In this document: piece after piece, positions 1-9,988 of the stretch | Layout of the letters: each line of letters opens with the position of its first letter | Position numbering within the stretch: position 1 is the first letter of the stretch | DNA from: an uncultured Alphaproteobacteria bacterium | GTDB lineage: Bacteria > Pseudomonadota > Alphaproteobacteria > HIMB59 > GCA-002718135 | Reading direction: 5' to 3' | Assembly: GCA_902615845.1 (NCBI GenBank) | Contig: CACMQS010000005.1 | Location: forward strand, 19,711-83,710 | Length of the DNA: 64,000 bases | The notes under the pieces: generated by a model | What the model saw: the letters and a program-made list of their open reading frames with translations, nothing else | Databases searched by the model: none | What the model was told of the DNA's origin: nothing | Made by a program: the position numbers and the translations under genes

Positions 1-98
1 ACCAATACTGTGCTTCATCACCAAACAAATTAAAAGTAGTAAAATTTAAGGCAGCAATCTTTAATAAAAGTAAAATAATAGCTGATGGCAGTAGAATT

Positions 99-1433
99 TT
101 ATTTAGCATAGTATTTTTTATACAATTCAAATAAAATTATATTTAAAATAATAATAAAAAAGCCAGCAAAAAAAATATCACTTAAAAAATGACCACCCGC
201 CAATATTCGAATTAACCCCAATAAAAAGCCAAAAATAATACTTGCATATAAAAAAATTATTTTTTTTGTAATTAAATATAAAGTTATAATTGAAAATCCA
301 ACTGACGCATCACCCGAAACAAAAGAACAATTAGTTAAACATGCGTTACTCATTTCATACCAGGGTGAAAAAATTTCTTTGCCACCTAATTCTAATATAT
401 CATTTGGTCTCGCCCTACCCCAAAATTTCTTTAGAACAAGGTTTACAAATATTAAAACAATTATAACCTGAGATCCCCACAATAAAAATATTTCTTTGAT
501 AGAAAATTTATAATTAAAAAAAATCTTATCAATTTTAGTGAAGCGACCAACAACAGGTAAAACCAATATGTAAAGAAGAATAAAAGGTAGCAAAACTTCT
601 CTAAAAAATATTGAGATATAATAATGGGCATTAACTAGAAACTGAGAGTCTCCAAGATAAAACAACGATGAAATATATAAGTCTAAAGAAGGCGATGCAG
701 TAATAAACAGGCAGCTAATAAACAAAAATAAAATATAATAATAAATTTCTGAATTTTTGTCAGAAAGCAAATTTGAAAATTTATAGTGATTAAATTTTTT
801 TTCAAATAAAATATTTAAAACCTTAAATAATATAAGTGCCAATACTGCCCCTGCAACTATATCAGTAAAAAAGTGTGCCCCTACCACAACTCTACTTAGA
901 GCAACAATTGTTGCTAAGATGTAAAAAAAATATTTTAATTTTGGAAAAGCAGCAATCATAATAAAACAAACAATGAAAATTGTTGAAGAGTGGCCGGAAG
1001 GAAAAGAGTGAAAGCCTGACTCAAAAGTAAAATAATTAAACTCAAAAGTATTTTCAAAATCAGTGTAATTTGGTCTCGGCCTTCCTATAATATGTTTTAA
1101 AATTTGAGTAATAATTCCAACTATTAAAATATAAAAAAAAGACGAAATAAAAAAATTGACTAACTTATTTGATTTTTTAAATTCAATTATTTGAAGTTTG
1201 TTGTTTAGGTAGAAAACTATAAATCCAATAAATGAAATAGTAAAATACCAAGATGAACTCCCTAACTTTGTTATGTTTATAAAAAATTCTTTAAGAAAAA
1301 CACCGTTAAAACTTTTATTAATGTCAAGAAAATAATTATAAAACCAAAAGTCTGTATCAAATGAAAAAAATATACTTACGGTAAGTAAAAGTAAAATAAG
1401 TAATTCATATTTGATTTTATTTAAAATACCCAT
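99..1433 (-). CDS. Polytopic membrane protein with two tandem PAP2 (type-2 phosphatidate/undecaprenyl-PP-like) phosphatase domains
   Basis: 444-aa hydrophobic ORF. It has two copies of the PAP2 tripartite motif: KHIIGRPRP / PSGHSS / SRVVVGAHFFTD and KKFWGRARP / VSGDAS / IRILAGGHFLSD. Confidence 0.75.
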   Translation of the reverse strand: MGILNKIKYELLILLLLTVSIFFSFDTDFWFYNYFLDINKSFNGVFLKEFFINITKLGSSSWYFTISFIGFIVFYLNNKLQIIEFKKSNKLVNFFISSFFYILIVGIITQILKHIIGRPRPNYTDFENTFEFNYFTFESGFHSFPSGHSSTIFIVCFIMIAAFPKLKYFFYILATIVALSRVVVGAHFFTDIVAGAVLALILFKVLNILFEKKFNHYKFSNLLSDKNSEIYYYILFLFISCLFITASPSLDLYISSLFYLGDSQFLVNAHYYISIFFREVLLPFILLYILVLPVVGRFTKIDKIFFNYKFSIKEIFLLWGSQVIIVLIFVNLVLKKFWGRARPNDILELGGKEIFSPWYEMSNACLTNCSFVSGDASVGFSIITLYLITKKIIFLYASIIFGFLLGLIRILAGGHFLSDIFFAGFFIIILNIILFELYKKYYAK

Positions 1434-1462
1434 TTTATACTTATTAAAAAATTTAATGAGCT

Positions 1463-2776
1463 TTACAATATAAACTTAGATAAGTCCTGACTTTTAATAA
1501 GTTCTCCTAAGTTGTTTTCAACATATTCTTTATTAATTATAATTTCTGTAGGCCCAATATCTGAGGCAGTATAACTTACCTCCTCTAATAACTTTTCCAT
1601 AACTGTGTGCAATCTTCTAGCTCCTATATTTTCAACATTTTGATTAATTTCAGTTGATAGAGATGCTATTGAGTCGATCCCATCTTCTTCAAATTTTAAA
1701 TCCACTTTTTCTGTTCCAAGAAGTCCTTGATATTGTTTAATCAAACTATTTTGTGTTTCTGTTAGAATAAGTTTGAAATCTTTTTTACTTAAACTGTCAA
1801 GCTCAACTCTTATTGGTAATCTTCCTTGAAGTTCTGGCAGCATATCTGATGGTTTTGATAAATGAAAAGCACCTGAGGCTATAAATAAAATATAGTCTGT
1901 TTTGATTACACCATATTTAGTTGTAACAGCTGTTCCTTCTATTAGTGGTAATAAATCTCTTTGAACGCCCTCTCTTGAAACATCTGCACCACTTCTCTCA
2001 GCTCTAGATGTGATCTTATCTATTTCATCTATGAAAACAATTCCGTTTTGCTCAACATCTTCAAGAGCCCTTGAGTTTATTTTATCTTTATCTAAAAGTT
2101 TTTCAGTCTCTTCTGTTAATAAATAAGCGTGAGAATCTTTAACGCTCATTTTTTTCATTTTTTTTTGATTCCCAAAACCTTTTCCAAATACATCTCCTAA
2201 ATTAATCATACCCATTTGTGAGCCAGGCATTCCTGGTATGTCCATAGTTGGTAAACTTAAATTTGCATTAGCTGAAACTGGAATTTCAACCTCATTATCA
2301 TTCAACTCACCTGATCTAAGTTTTTTTCTAAAATTATCGCGAGTGGCAGGAGTAGAGCTTTTAGAAACTAAAACATCTAATATTCTTTCTTCTGCATTTT
2401 TTTCTGCCTTTGCTTTTACTTCTTGGCCCATTTGTATTTTTGTTTTTGTAATACTAATTTCAACTAGATCTCTTATAATTTGCTCAACATCTCTTCCAAC
2501 ATAACCAACTTCTGTAAATTTCGTTGCTTCAACTTTTACAAAAGGTGCATTTGCTAATTTAGCAAGCCTTCTTGAAATTTCTGTCTTTCCACAACCAGTA
2601 GGACCAACCATTAAAATATTCTTTGGTACAATTTCGTCTTTTAAAGAGTCATCAAGCTGTTTCCTCCTCCACCTGTTTCTTAAAGCTACAGCAACAGCTC
2701 TTTTAGCTTTGTTTTGACCAATGATAAACTTATCTAACTCAGAAACAATTTCTCTTGGGCTAAAACTGGACTCCAC
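1463..2776 (-). CDS. hslU: ATP-dependent protease ATPase subunit HslU
   Basis: Walker [10 protein letters not shown], Walker B FIDEIDKI, and a full-length HslU-like AAA+ layout. GTG start lies 1 nt after the hslV stop. Confidence 0.97.
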   Translation of the reverse strand: MESSFSPREIVSELDKFIIGQNKAKRAVAVALRNRWRRKQLDDSLKDEIVPKNILMVGPTGCGKTEISRRLAKLANAPFVKVEATKFTEVGYVGRDVEQIIRDLVEISITKTKIQMGQEVKAKAEKNAEERILDVLVSKSSTPATRDNFRKKLRSGELNDNEVEIPVSANANLSLPTMDIPGMPGSQMGMINLGDVFGKGFGNQKKMKKMSVKDSHAYLLTEETEKLLDKDKINSRALEDVEQNGIVFIDEIDKITSRAERSGADVSREGVQRDLLPLIEGTAVTTKYGVIKTDYILFIASGAFHLSKPSDMLPELQGRLPIRVELDSLSKKDFKLILTETQNSLIKQYQGLLGTEKVDLKFEEDGIDSIASLSTEINQNVENIGARRLHTVMEKLLEEVSYTASDIGPTEIIINKEYVENNLGELIKSQDLSKFIL

Positions 2777-2777
2777 T

Positions 2778-3326
2778 TTAAAGCTCTATAGTTTCAGAAA
2801 TTATGTTATGATTTGTATAAATACAAATATCTGCAGCAATATTAAGTGATTCTTCAGCAATTTCTTTTGCATTCATTTTTGTATTTTTCATTAGTGCTTT
2901 TGCAGCGCTATTTGCATAAGGACCCCCTGATCCTATTGCTAATATTCCATCATCTGATTCAATAACATCTCCGGTTCCAGACAATAATAGACTCACTTCT
3001 TTGTCAGCAACTATCATCATTGCCTCTAATCTTCTTAGATATCTATCTGTTCTCCAATCTTTAGCAAGCTCTACACACGCCCTTTTAAGTTGGTTCTTAT
3101 ATTGATCTAATTTCCCCTCTAATCTTTCAAATAAAGCGAACGCATCTGCAGTAGATCCTGCAAAACCAGAAATAACGGTTTCATCAGCACCAAGTCTTCT
3201 AATTTTTTTAACATTTGATTTCATTACGGTATTACCAAGACTAGCCTGACCATCACCTGCAATAACGACAAGATTGTCTTTTCTAATTCCTACAATAGTT
3301 GTTGATTTTATAATGTTTTTTCCCAT
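2778..3326 (-). CDS. hslV: ATP-dependent protease subunit HslV
   Basis: TTIVGIRK...GDGQ Thr-protease N-terminus and the GSGG motif. It sits immediately upstream of hslU. Confidence 0.97.
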   Translation of the reverse strand: MGKNIIKSTTIVGIRKDNLVVIAGDGQASLGNTVMKSNVKKIRRLGADETVISGFAGSTADAFALFERLEGKLDQYKNQLKRACVELAKDWRTDRYLRRLEAMMIVADKEVSLLLSGTGDVIESDDGILAIGSGGPYANSAAKALMKNTKMNAKEIAEESLNIAADICIYTNHNIISETIEL

Positions 3327-3334
3327 TAGATCTT

Positions 3335-3363
3335 AAGATGGCTATTTAATTATTTTTATCAAG
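3335..3363 (-). promoter_or_regulatory. Weak candidate sigma-32-type promoter for hslVU
   Basis: Minus strand reads CTTGAT-N16-CCATCTT about 10 nt upstream of the hslV ATG. This is only a partial match to CTTGAA-N13-17-CCCCATNT. Confidence 0.25.
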
Positions 3364-3407
3364 TAATTTACCTAGAATAAATCATATTTCACTGATATTA
3401 GGCAAAA

Positions 3408-3995
3408 ATGCGATTAGGGAAAGTTGAAAGAAACACTAAAGAAACCAAGATAAGCTGTGAAGTTAACTTAGATGGCACTGGTCAATCTAAAATTTCAACT
3501 CAAATTGGTTTTTTTGATCATATGTTGGAATTATTATCCCATCACAGCCTCATAGATTTAGATTTAAAATGTGAAGGAGATACCAATGTTGATCTTCACC
3601 ATTCAGTTGAAGACACAGCTTACGCAATTGCTTTAGCTATAAACAAAGCGTTAAATGATAAGAAAGGAATAAATAGGTATGGCTTTTCATATGTTCCAAT
3701 GGATGAATGCTTATCAAGATGTGTAATTGATTTAAGTGGAAGGCCCGAGCTTGTGTGGAATGTTAATCTTGGTTTAAAAAAAATTGGCGAAATGGATACA
3801 GAATTATTCCATGAATTTTTTAAAGCTTTTTCAAATGAATCAAAATGTAATTTGCATGTTGAAAATCTCTATGGAAAAAACAATCACCATATCATTGAAT
3901 CATGCTTTAAAGCGTTTGCTAAAAGTTTAAGATTTGCTATCGAAATAGATAATAGAAGAAAAGATAATATACCATCATCAAAAGGCACTCTTTAA
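3408..3995 (+). CDS. hisB: Imidazoleglycerol-phosphate dehydratase
   Basis: 195 aa with the N-terminus RNTKETKI and HHxxE metal motifs ([20 protein letters not shown]). Confidence 0.95.
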   Translation: MRLGKVERNTKETKISCEVNLDGTGQSKISTQIGFFDHMLELLSHHSLIDLDLKCEGDTNVDLHHSVEDTAYAIALAINKALNDKKGINRYGFSYVPMDECLSRCVIDLSGRPELVWNVNLGLKKIGEMDTELFHEFFKAFSNESKCNLHVENLYGKNNHHIIESCFKAFAKSLRFAIEIDNRRKDNIPSSKGTL

Positions 3996-4001
3996 TTTTT
4001 A

Positions 4002-4631
4002 ATGAAAAAGATCACTATTGTTGATTACGGCTCAGGCAATGTTTTGTCTGCACAAAAATCTTTTATTAAAATAGCAAAAGCAAACGACATTGACGCTGAA
4101 GTTTTAATTTCAAAAAAACTTAATGATGTAAAGGACTCAACCCATATTGTATTACCTGGACAAGGAGCCTTTTCTACATGCATGAATGGTTTAAAAAAAA
4201 CTGATGGTTTGATTGATGAGCTCAATGAGTTTGCATTAATAAAAAAGAGACCATTTTTGGGGATTTGTGTTGGTATGCAAATGTTAGCCAACACGAGTGA
4301 AGAAAATGGAGTTCATGATGGCTTAGGTTGGATAGATGGCCAAATTAAACTATTACACGGACATAATTTAAAACTTCCTCATATGGGGTGGAATTTGGCA
4401 ATACCAACAAGCTCAAAATACAATAACCTAATCGCAACTAAAAATGATTATTACTTTGTTCACTCTTATTATTTCAATTGTGCTGATAGAGACAATATTT
4501 TGGCAGAAACTAAGTACGGAACAAATTTTGCTTCAATTGTTGGAAAAGAAAATATATATGGCGTCCAGTTTCATCCTGAAAAAAGTTCCTCCCAAGGATT
4601 AAACTTACTGAAAGAATTTATTAGAATATGA
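4002..4631 (+). CDS. hisH: Imidazole glycerol phosphate synthase, glutamine amidotransferase subunit
   Basis: Class I GATase: GICVGMQ nucleophile elbow and a C-terminal GVQFHPEKS motif. Confidence 0.95.
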   Translation: MKKITIVDYGSGNVLSAQKSFIKIAKANDIDAEVLISKKLNDVKDSTHIVLPGQGAFSTCMNGLKKTDGLIDELNEFALIKKRPFLGICVGMQMLANTSEENGVHDGLGWIDGQIKLLHGHNLKLPHMGWNLAIPTSSKYNNLIATKNDYYFVHSYYFNCADRDNILAETKYGTNFASIVGKENIYGVQFHPEKSSSQGLNLLKEFIRI

Positions 4632-5170
4632 ATATGTCTACACAATTAAAAGAAAAAATTAATATATCAGTCGATAATATTGATACACTTACAGAAGTAG
4701 ATTTAGCAGATCTTTGTAATATCACTGAACAAGCGATTAAAGCTGGAGGGGGGTTCGGTTGGTTAAGAGTTCCGACGAGAGATATTTTAATAGATTATTG
4801 GACAAAAAGAACCAATGATAAATATATAAAACTTATTGTAGGCAGACTTAATGGCGTTATAGCTGGAACTCTGCAACTAGCTTATGAGGCTCCTAATATT
4901 GAGTCTAGGAAAAATATTGCACGCATAAGAAGACAATTTGTTGCCCCATGGGCCAGAGGCTATGGTTTGGCTAAAACAATGATTGATTATACTGAAAAAA
5001 TTTCAAAAGAAGACAATATTAAATCTTTACAGTTAGCTGTAAGAGAAACACAAGATGCAGCAATAAAACTTTTTACAAGTAAAAATTATACCAAGTGGGG
5101 TGAAAACCCATATTATGCTTATATAAACGGAAGCTTTATTAAAGGTTATTATTACTATAAAAATTTGTAG
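4628..5170 (+). CDS. GNAT-family N-acetyltransferase embedded in the his operon
   Basis: 180 aa with an acetyl-CoA binding loop RGYGLAKTMI. Its start overlaps the hisH stop (ATGA) and its stop overlaps the hisA GTG (TAGTG). Confidence 0.7.
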   Translation: MNMSTQLKEKINISVDNIDTLTEVDLADLCNITEQAIKAGGGFGWLRVPTRDILIDYWTKRTNDKYIKLIVGRLNGVIAGTLQLAYEAPNIESRKNIARIRRQFVAPWARGYGLAKTMIDYTEKISKEDNIKSLQLAVRETQDAAIKLFTSKNYTKWGENPYYAYINGSFIKGYYYYKNL

Positions 5171-5910
5171 TGCAAATTATCCCAGCCATTGATTTAAAAG
5201 ATAACAAATGTGTTAGACTTTCTAAAGGTAAAGATAGCTCCAGTGTTGTTTACAATGAAGACCCAGAAAAACAAGCTATCTACTTTGAGCAAATCGGTTG
5301 TAAAAAATTACACTTGATTGACATAGATGCTGCATTTGGTAGATCAAATGTTAATTTTGAAACAATAAAGAAAATTAGAAAATCAATTTCAATACCAATC
5401 CAATTAGGAGGCGGGGTAAGAAACTTAGATTTAGCAAAAAAATATTTTGATGTTGGAATAAATAATTTGATCATTGGGTCAATGTCTGTTGAAAAACCAA
5501 ATGATGTTATAATTTTATCAAATAAGTATGCGGATAAAGTATATATATCATTAGATATTCTTGAAGATAATATAATGATAAAAGGTTGGGATGAAAACTC
5601 AGGAAAGAAAATACAAGATATCCTTGATATTTATTCTAACTCTAAAATTAAAGGATATGTAATTACAGATATCCAAAATGATGGAATGTTAAAAGGTTTA
5701 AATTTAGATTTTGTTAGTAATTTTCTGAAAAAAATAAACCTAATTAAAAAGTTTGATAAAAAAATCATTATTGCAGGTGGGTTAACAAATTACTCTGATC
5801 TAATAAATCTAAAAAAACTTAAATTTAAAAATATCGAAGGAATAATCTCAGGAAAATCTTTTTACGAAGGAAAGATTGATTTAGCAGAAGCGCAAAAAAT
5901 TCTAAATTAA
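5170..5910 (+). CDS. hisA: ProFAR isomerase (1-(5-phosphoribosyl)-5-[(5-phosphoribosylamino)methylideneamino]imidazole-4-carboxamide isomerase)
   Basis: N-terminus [20 protein letters not shown] and IIAGG phosphate loops. GTG start. Confidence 0.93.
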   Translation: MQIIPAIDLKDNKCVRLSKGKDSSSVVYNEDPEKQAIYFEQIGCKKLHLIDIDAAFGRSNVNFETIKKIRKSISIPIQLGGGVRNLDLAKKYFDVGINNLIIGSMSVEKPNDVIILSNKYADKVYISLDILEDNIMIKGWDENSGKKIQDILDIYSNSKIKGYVITDIQNDGMLKGLNLDFVSNFLKKINLIKKFDKKIIIAGGLTNYSDLINLKKLKFKNIEGIISGKSFYEGKIDLAEAQKILN

Positions 5911-5911
5911 A

Positions 5912-6667
5912 ATGGTAAAAATAAGAATAATCCCATGCTTAGATGTTAAAGATGGAAGAGTAGTAAAGGGAATCAATTTTTTAAATTTAATCGATGCAGG
6001 AGATCCTGTCGAACAGGCAAAACATTATTCAGATAATGGGGCTGATGAAATATGTTTCTTAGATATTAGTGCATCATTAGAAAATAGAGACACAATGGTA
6101 AATGTAGTAAGAAAGACTGCAAATGAGGTTTTTATTCCTCTTACAGTTGGTGGTGGAATTTCATCAATAGAAAATATAAAGGCCTTACTCAAAGCCGGCG
6201 CTGACAAAGTGTCTATAAACTCGGCGGCAATTAAAAATCCTAATATTATTAAAGAAGCTTCGGAATATTTTGGGAACCAATGCATCGTTGTGGCAGTTGA
6301 TGCAAAAAAACACAAAAATGATTGGTTTGTTTATTCTCATGGAGGAACTAAAAAAACTGACTTACTAGCGTTAAACTGGATTGAAAAAGTTCAAAATCTT
6401 GGTGCCGGTGAAATTCTTCTAACTTCAATGGATAAAGATGGAACAAAATCAGGTTTTGATAATGAATTATTAAGTAAAGTATCAGAATTTTTAAAAATAC
6501 CACTTATAGCTAGTGGAGGTGTTGGAAATCTAGACCATTTTTATGATGGTGTAATTAAGGGTAAGGCAGACGCTTTATTAGCTGCCTCAGTCTTTCATTT
6601 TAATGAAATTAGCATTAAAGAAGTAAAGACATACTTAAAAGAAAAAAATATTAATATTAGAGATTAG
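5912..6667 (+). CDS. hisF: Imidazole glycerol phosphate synthase, cyclase subunit
   Basis: [22 protein letters not shown] and ASGGVG motifs. Confidence 0.97.
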   Translation: MVKIRIIPCLDVKDGRVVKGINFLNLIDAGDPVEQAKHYSDNGADEICFLDISASLENRDTMVNVVRKTANEVFIPLTVGGGISSIENIKALLKAGADKVSINSAAIKNPNIIKEASEYFGNQCIVVAVDAKKHKNDWFVYSHGGTKKTDLLALNWIEKVQNLGAGEILLTSMDKDGTKSGFDNELLSKVSEFLKIPLIASGGVGNLDHFYDGVIKGKADALLAASVFHFNEISIKEVKTYLKEKNINIRD

Positions 6668-6672
6668 GTTTT

Positions 6673-6945
6673 ATGAAAATTGAAGATTTAAATGAAATTA
6701 TAAATCAAAGAGTTAAAACAAGAAAAAAAAACTCATATACCAATAAATTATTGAAATTGGGACCAAAAAAAATTGCTCAAAAATTTGGAGAAGAAGCATC
6801 AGAATTAATTATAGATTTTTTAAAAGGATCAAAGAAAAGAACAATAGAAGAAGCCGTTGATGTTATCTATCACCTTCTTGTTTTATTAAAGTCAAAAAAA
6901 ATTACCATAAGTGACATTCACAAAGAGTTAGATAAAAGAAAATAA
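6673..6945 (+). CDS. hisE: Phosphoribosyl-ATP pyrophosphatase (monofunctional)
   Basis: 90 aa, SYTNKLL...KKIAQKFGEEASE...EEAVDVIYHLLVLL pattern, and the last position in the his operon. Confidence 0.85.
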   Translation: MKIEDLNEIINQRVKTRKKNSYTNKLLKLGPKKIAQKFGEEASELIIDFLKGSKKRTIEEAVDVIYHLLVLLKSKKITISDIHKELDKRK

Positions 6946-6951
6946 AATAAC

Positions 6952-7302
6952 ATGTATGATAAAAATAATATATTTGCTAAAATATTAAGGAAAGAAATAC
7001 CTTGTGATAAGGTTTATGAAGATGAATTTAGTTTATTTTTCTATGATATTAGCCCTCAAGCAAAAATACATATCTTAGGAATACCCAAGTTTACTTGTAG
7101 CACTTTCTCTGATTTTATAAAGAATGCAGAAAATAAAAATATTATATCTTTTTTTAAAAGTGTTCAGTTTGTAATTAATAAATTAAATATTGAAAAAGAT
7201 GGGTATCGGATAATTACAAATTCAGGAGAAGATGGTGGACAAGAAGTCCCACATTTTCATGTTCATATTTTAGCAGGAGAAAAAATTGGACGCCTAAGGT
7301 AG
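6952..7302 (+). CDS. HIT-family (histidine triad) nucleotide hydrolase
   Basis: 116 aa with the histidine triad HFHVHILAG. Confidence 0.9.
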   Translation: MYDKNNIFAKILRKEIPCDKVYEDEFSLFFYDISPQAKIHILGIPKFTCSTFSDFIKNAENKNIISFFKSVQFVINKLNIEKDGYRIITNSGEDGGQEVPHFHVHILAGEKIGRLR

Positions 7303-7309
7303 TTTATTT

Positions 7310-7912
7310 TTATTCTTTAATTATAACATAATTAACAATTTCATTAACACCTTTAATACTTCTCAGCGCTGATATCATTTCGTCTAGAAGATCAGGACGA
7401 GAAGATATTCCAGCTATATAAATTTTACCCTGTATTGTTTCAAAATTAAATGTAAGTGCTTTTATACCAACGGTTTTCGCAGCCACAGCTCTAGCTTGAG
7501 TATTTATCCACAAATCACTGGCATAGTCTTTTAAAGTTGTTCTATTTCCGATCTCTATTTCATTTATAATTTCTGTAACTCCTTCAACTTCCCAAACTAG
7601 ACGGACAGCATCTATTCTTATTTCTTGATTATCTACAAGACCAGTTAACAAAACCCTGCCTTCTAAAACACTTGTATTAACATTTACGAAAAGATTGTTT
7701 TCTGCATTTAGAAATTTTGCTGCAACATTTACTTTAATTGTAGCATCATCAATTACAGTACCCATTGATCTTTCGCCTTCAGCTACAACCAACGCGCTTC
7801 CTCCACCAGTTGCAAGAACATTTGCTGGTGAACACCCATAATTAACAAATGCAAAAACTAAAAGTGCTAGGGAAATTAAAATTTTTATTTTTTTTTCAAT
7901 TCTAACAAACAT
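7310..7912 (-). CDS. dolP: Dual-BON-domain lipoprotein, DolP/YraP-like
   Basis: Signal peptide ending ..NYGC. Two BON repeats align along their length with E. coli DolP (RSMGTVIDDATIKVNV..., VLLTGLV..., IYIAGIS...). Synteny with rsmI and lpoA matches the E. coli yra cluster. Confidence 0.8.
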   Translation of the reverse strand: MFVRIEKKIKILISLALLVFAFVNYGCSPANVLATGGGSALVVAEGERSMGTVIDDATIKVNVAAKFLNAENNLFVNVNTSVLEGRVLLTGLVDNQEIRIDAVRLVWEVEGVTEIINEIEIGNRTTLKDYASDLWINTQARAVAAKTVGIKALTFNFETIQGKIYIAGISSRPDLLDEMISALRSIKGVNEIVNYVIIKE

Positions 7913-8733
7913 TTGTAGATCTTATTTTTATTAATTTTTGTAAATTTATGTACTATTTCGACGATGTCGGTCAAAGAAAATTTTGTAGCCATTTTTTTAA
8001 GTTCATTTTCGTACAAACTAATTTTGTCAAAATCTTGATTTTTTAATGTTTGCCTATCAATTATTGCAACAAACTCACCTTTTAAATTCTCTTCCTTTTG
8101 TATTATTTCGTTTTTTACTTCTTTTGAAATTCCCCTAAAAACAAATTCGTTTACCTTTGTAAGCTCTTTGCATATTGCTATCGATCTATCGGGTAAAATA
8201 TTTTCTAGACACTCTAAAAAAGTAACTAACTTATGACCTGAGACAAAAAAAACAGAAACCCTGGTTTCCTTTGAAATGAGTTTAATCAAATCTTCTATTT
8301 TTTTTTTAGATTTTGGTGAAAAACCAAAAAAAATAAATTCTGAAATTGGTAGTCCTGATAATTGTAAACTTGAGATAATAGATGACGGACCAGGAACCGA
8401 AGAAATTTTAATATTATTTTCAATGCAGTATTTTACAAGATTATACCCAGGATCTGAAATTAATGGAGATCCGGCATCTGAAATAAGTACACAATTTTTA
8501 TTTTCTAATAAACTTTTTATCTGAGTTATAATTTTATGCTCATTATAATCATGTAAGGCAATTAATTTCTTTTTAATGCCCAATTTATTTAGTAGTTTAA
8601 GTGAATGTTTAGGATTTTCACATATTATGATATCACACTCTTTGAGAACAGTTACAGCTCTATACGTAATGTCATCTAAATTTCCAATTGGTGTTGCAAC
8701 AATTGACAAACCCCTTACTATTTTATTCATCAC
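7885..8733 (-). CDS. rsmI: 16S rRNA (cytidine1402-2'-O)-methyltransferase
   Basis: N-terminus LSIVATPIGNLDDIT, tetrapyrrole-methylase fold motifs (ISDAGSPLISDPG). The start is GTG 8733 or ATG 8730. Confidence 0.92.
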   Translation of the reverse strand: MMNKIVRGLSIVATPIGNLDDITYRAVTVLKECDIIICENPKHSLKLLNKLGIKKKLIALHDYNEHKIITQIKSLLENKNCVLISDAGSPLISDPGYNLVKYCIENNIKISSVPGPSSIISSLQLSGLPISEFIFFGFSPKSKKKIEDLIKLISKETRVSVFFVSGHKLVTFLECLENILPDRSIAICKELTKVNEFVFRGISKEVKNEIIQKEENLKGEFVAIIDRQTLKNQDFDKISLYENELKKMATKFSLTDIVEIVHKFTKINKNKIYKCLLELKKK

Positions 8734-9988
8734 ATATGTATTTACATTTATAATATCATGTACTCCAGTAAATTTATCTAAACAACCACCAATAAATTCT
8801 CAAGAGAACAAAAATACAAAAGAACAAGTTATTACAAAGCCGGCAAAAGGAATTTTAAAAAAAAATGAGGATAAAAAACAAACTATTTCAAACAATATTA
8901 AATTAGATAAAACAATTACTGTTTTATTCGCAAAAGATGATGACAAAAAAACAACTAATCAGTTTTTAAATACTTTTGAATTAGGTATTTATAACCTTGT
9001 TGTAAAAGATATAAATTTAGAAATAAAATTTTTTGAAAATAATCAAGATCTACAAAAAATTATAGAAAATAATCTCTCTCCAGGAAAAATATTCTTAGGG
9101 CCAATTCAATCAAAATATACTAAACATTTAAAAAGCTACTGTAAAAATAATATAATATTTTTTTCATTCTCGTCAAAACCCTCACTTGCCAAAGACTGTA
9201 TTTATTTATTGAATTTTTTTCCAAAAAATGAACTTTCGCAACTTCTCTCATATTTAAATAACGATGCTAGGGTAGCGCTTCTTTATCCTGAAAACGAGTA
9301 TGGATATTTAATAAATAGTTTTATTGATAACTTAATTTTTGAAAGCCCTGCTATCTTAGTAAATAGATCCTCCTACAAAGACGATCTTTCTAATGTAAGG
9401 GATGCAATAAAAGAATTAGGTAAATATGAGCTTAGGAAGTACGAACTAAACAGACAAAAACAAATTTTGTCTTCCAAAAAAGATGAAAAATCAAAAAAAA
9501 GACTTAAAAAACTTGAAAGATTTAAAACAACAAGTGATTATGATTTTACACATGTTTTAATTGCTGATTATGGTTTAAATCTTTTGCAGGTTGCCCCACT
9601 GTTACCCTATTATGATATTGATCCAAGTATTGTTCAATTCATGGGCACTGGAGTAATTGATGATAAAACTTTTTTCTACGAACCTTCATTACAAGGAGCA
9701 ATATTTCCGGGAGTACCTGAGACAAGAAGAATTAATTTAATAAATGACTACATGGAAATTTATGAAGAAGAGTTCCTAAGAATTTCAACTCTACCTTATG
9801 ATTTGATAGGTCTTATCAATTTTATTTATACAAATGAATATAAATTTGAAGATCTGTTAAAGCTTTTAAATAATCCAAAAAAAAGATTTGATGGAGTAGA
9901 CGGAAATTTTTATTTTAAAAATAATTTAATTGAAAGAGATTTGGATATATTAAAGATAAGTAATGGTGCATCTTTTGTAATTAATTAG
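8669..9988 (+). CDS. LpoA/LppC-like periplasmic-binding-fold lipoprotein (putative penicillin-binding protein activator); start uncertain
   Basis: Lipobox FIISC, then a type-1 periplasmic binding protein-like body (ALLYPENEYG...). It is divergent from rsmI, as in E. coli yraL/yraM. No ATG, GTG or TTG lies in frame downstream of 8733. The start must therefore be ATG 8669 or a rarer ATT at 8702, both inside rsmI. Confidence 0.6.
   Translation: MSSKFPIGVATIDKPLTILFITYVFTFIISCTPVNLSKQPPINSQENKNTKEQVITKPAKGILKKNEDKKQTISNNIKLDKTITVLFAKDDDKKTTNQFLNTFELGIYNLVVKDINLEIKFFENNQDLQKIIENNLSPGKIFLGPIQSKYTKHLKSYCKNNIIFFSFSSKPSLAKDCIYLLNFFPKNELSQLLSYLNNDARVALLYPENEYGYLINSFIDNLIFESPAILVNRSSYKDDLSNVRDAIKELGKYELRKYELNRQKQILSSKKDEKSKKRLKKLERFKTTSDYDFTHVLIADYGLNLLQVAPLLPYYDIDPSIVQFMGTGVIDDKTFFYEPSLQGAIFPGVPETRRINLINDYMEIYEEEFLRISTLPYDLIGLINFIYTNEYKFEDLLKLLNNPKKRFDGVDGNFYFKNNLIERDLDILKISNGASFVIN

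Noticed and set aside
1-98. Possible start of a minus-strand gene (ATG at 18-16, reading MKHSIG off the window edge)
   Set aside because: Only six codons are visible, so it cannot be supported.
2778-3326. HslV has 8 residues (MGKNIIKS) before the catalytic Thr-Thr, although the active Thr must be N-terminal
   Set aside because: As far as I recall, N-terminal extensions before TTI are normal for alphaproteobacterial HslV and are processed. No alternative start codon directly precedes the Thr codon. I treat this as lineage-typical, not novel.
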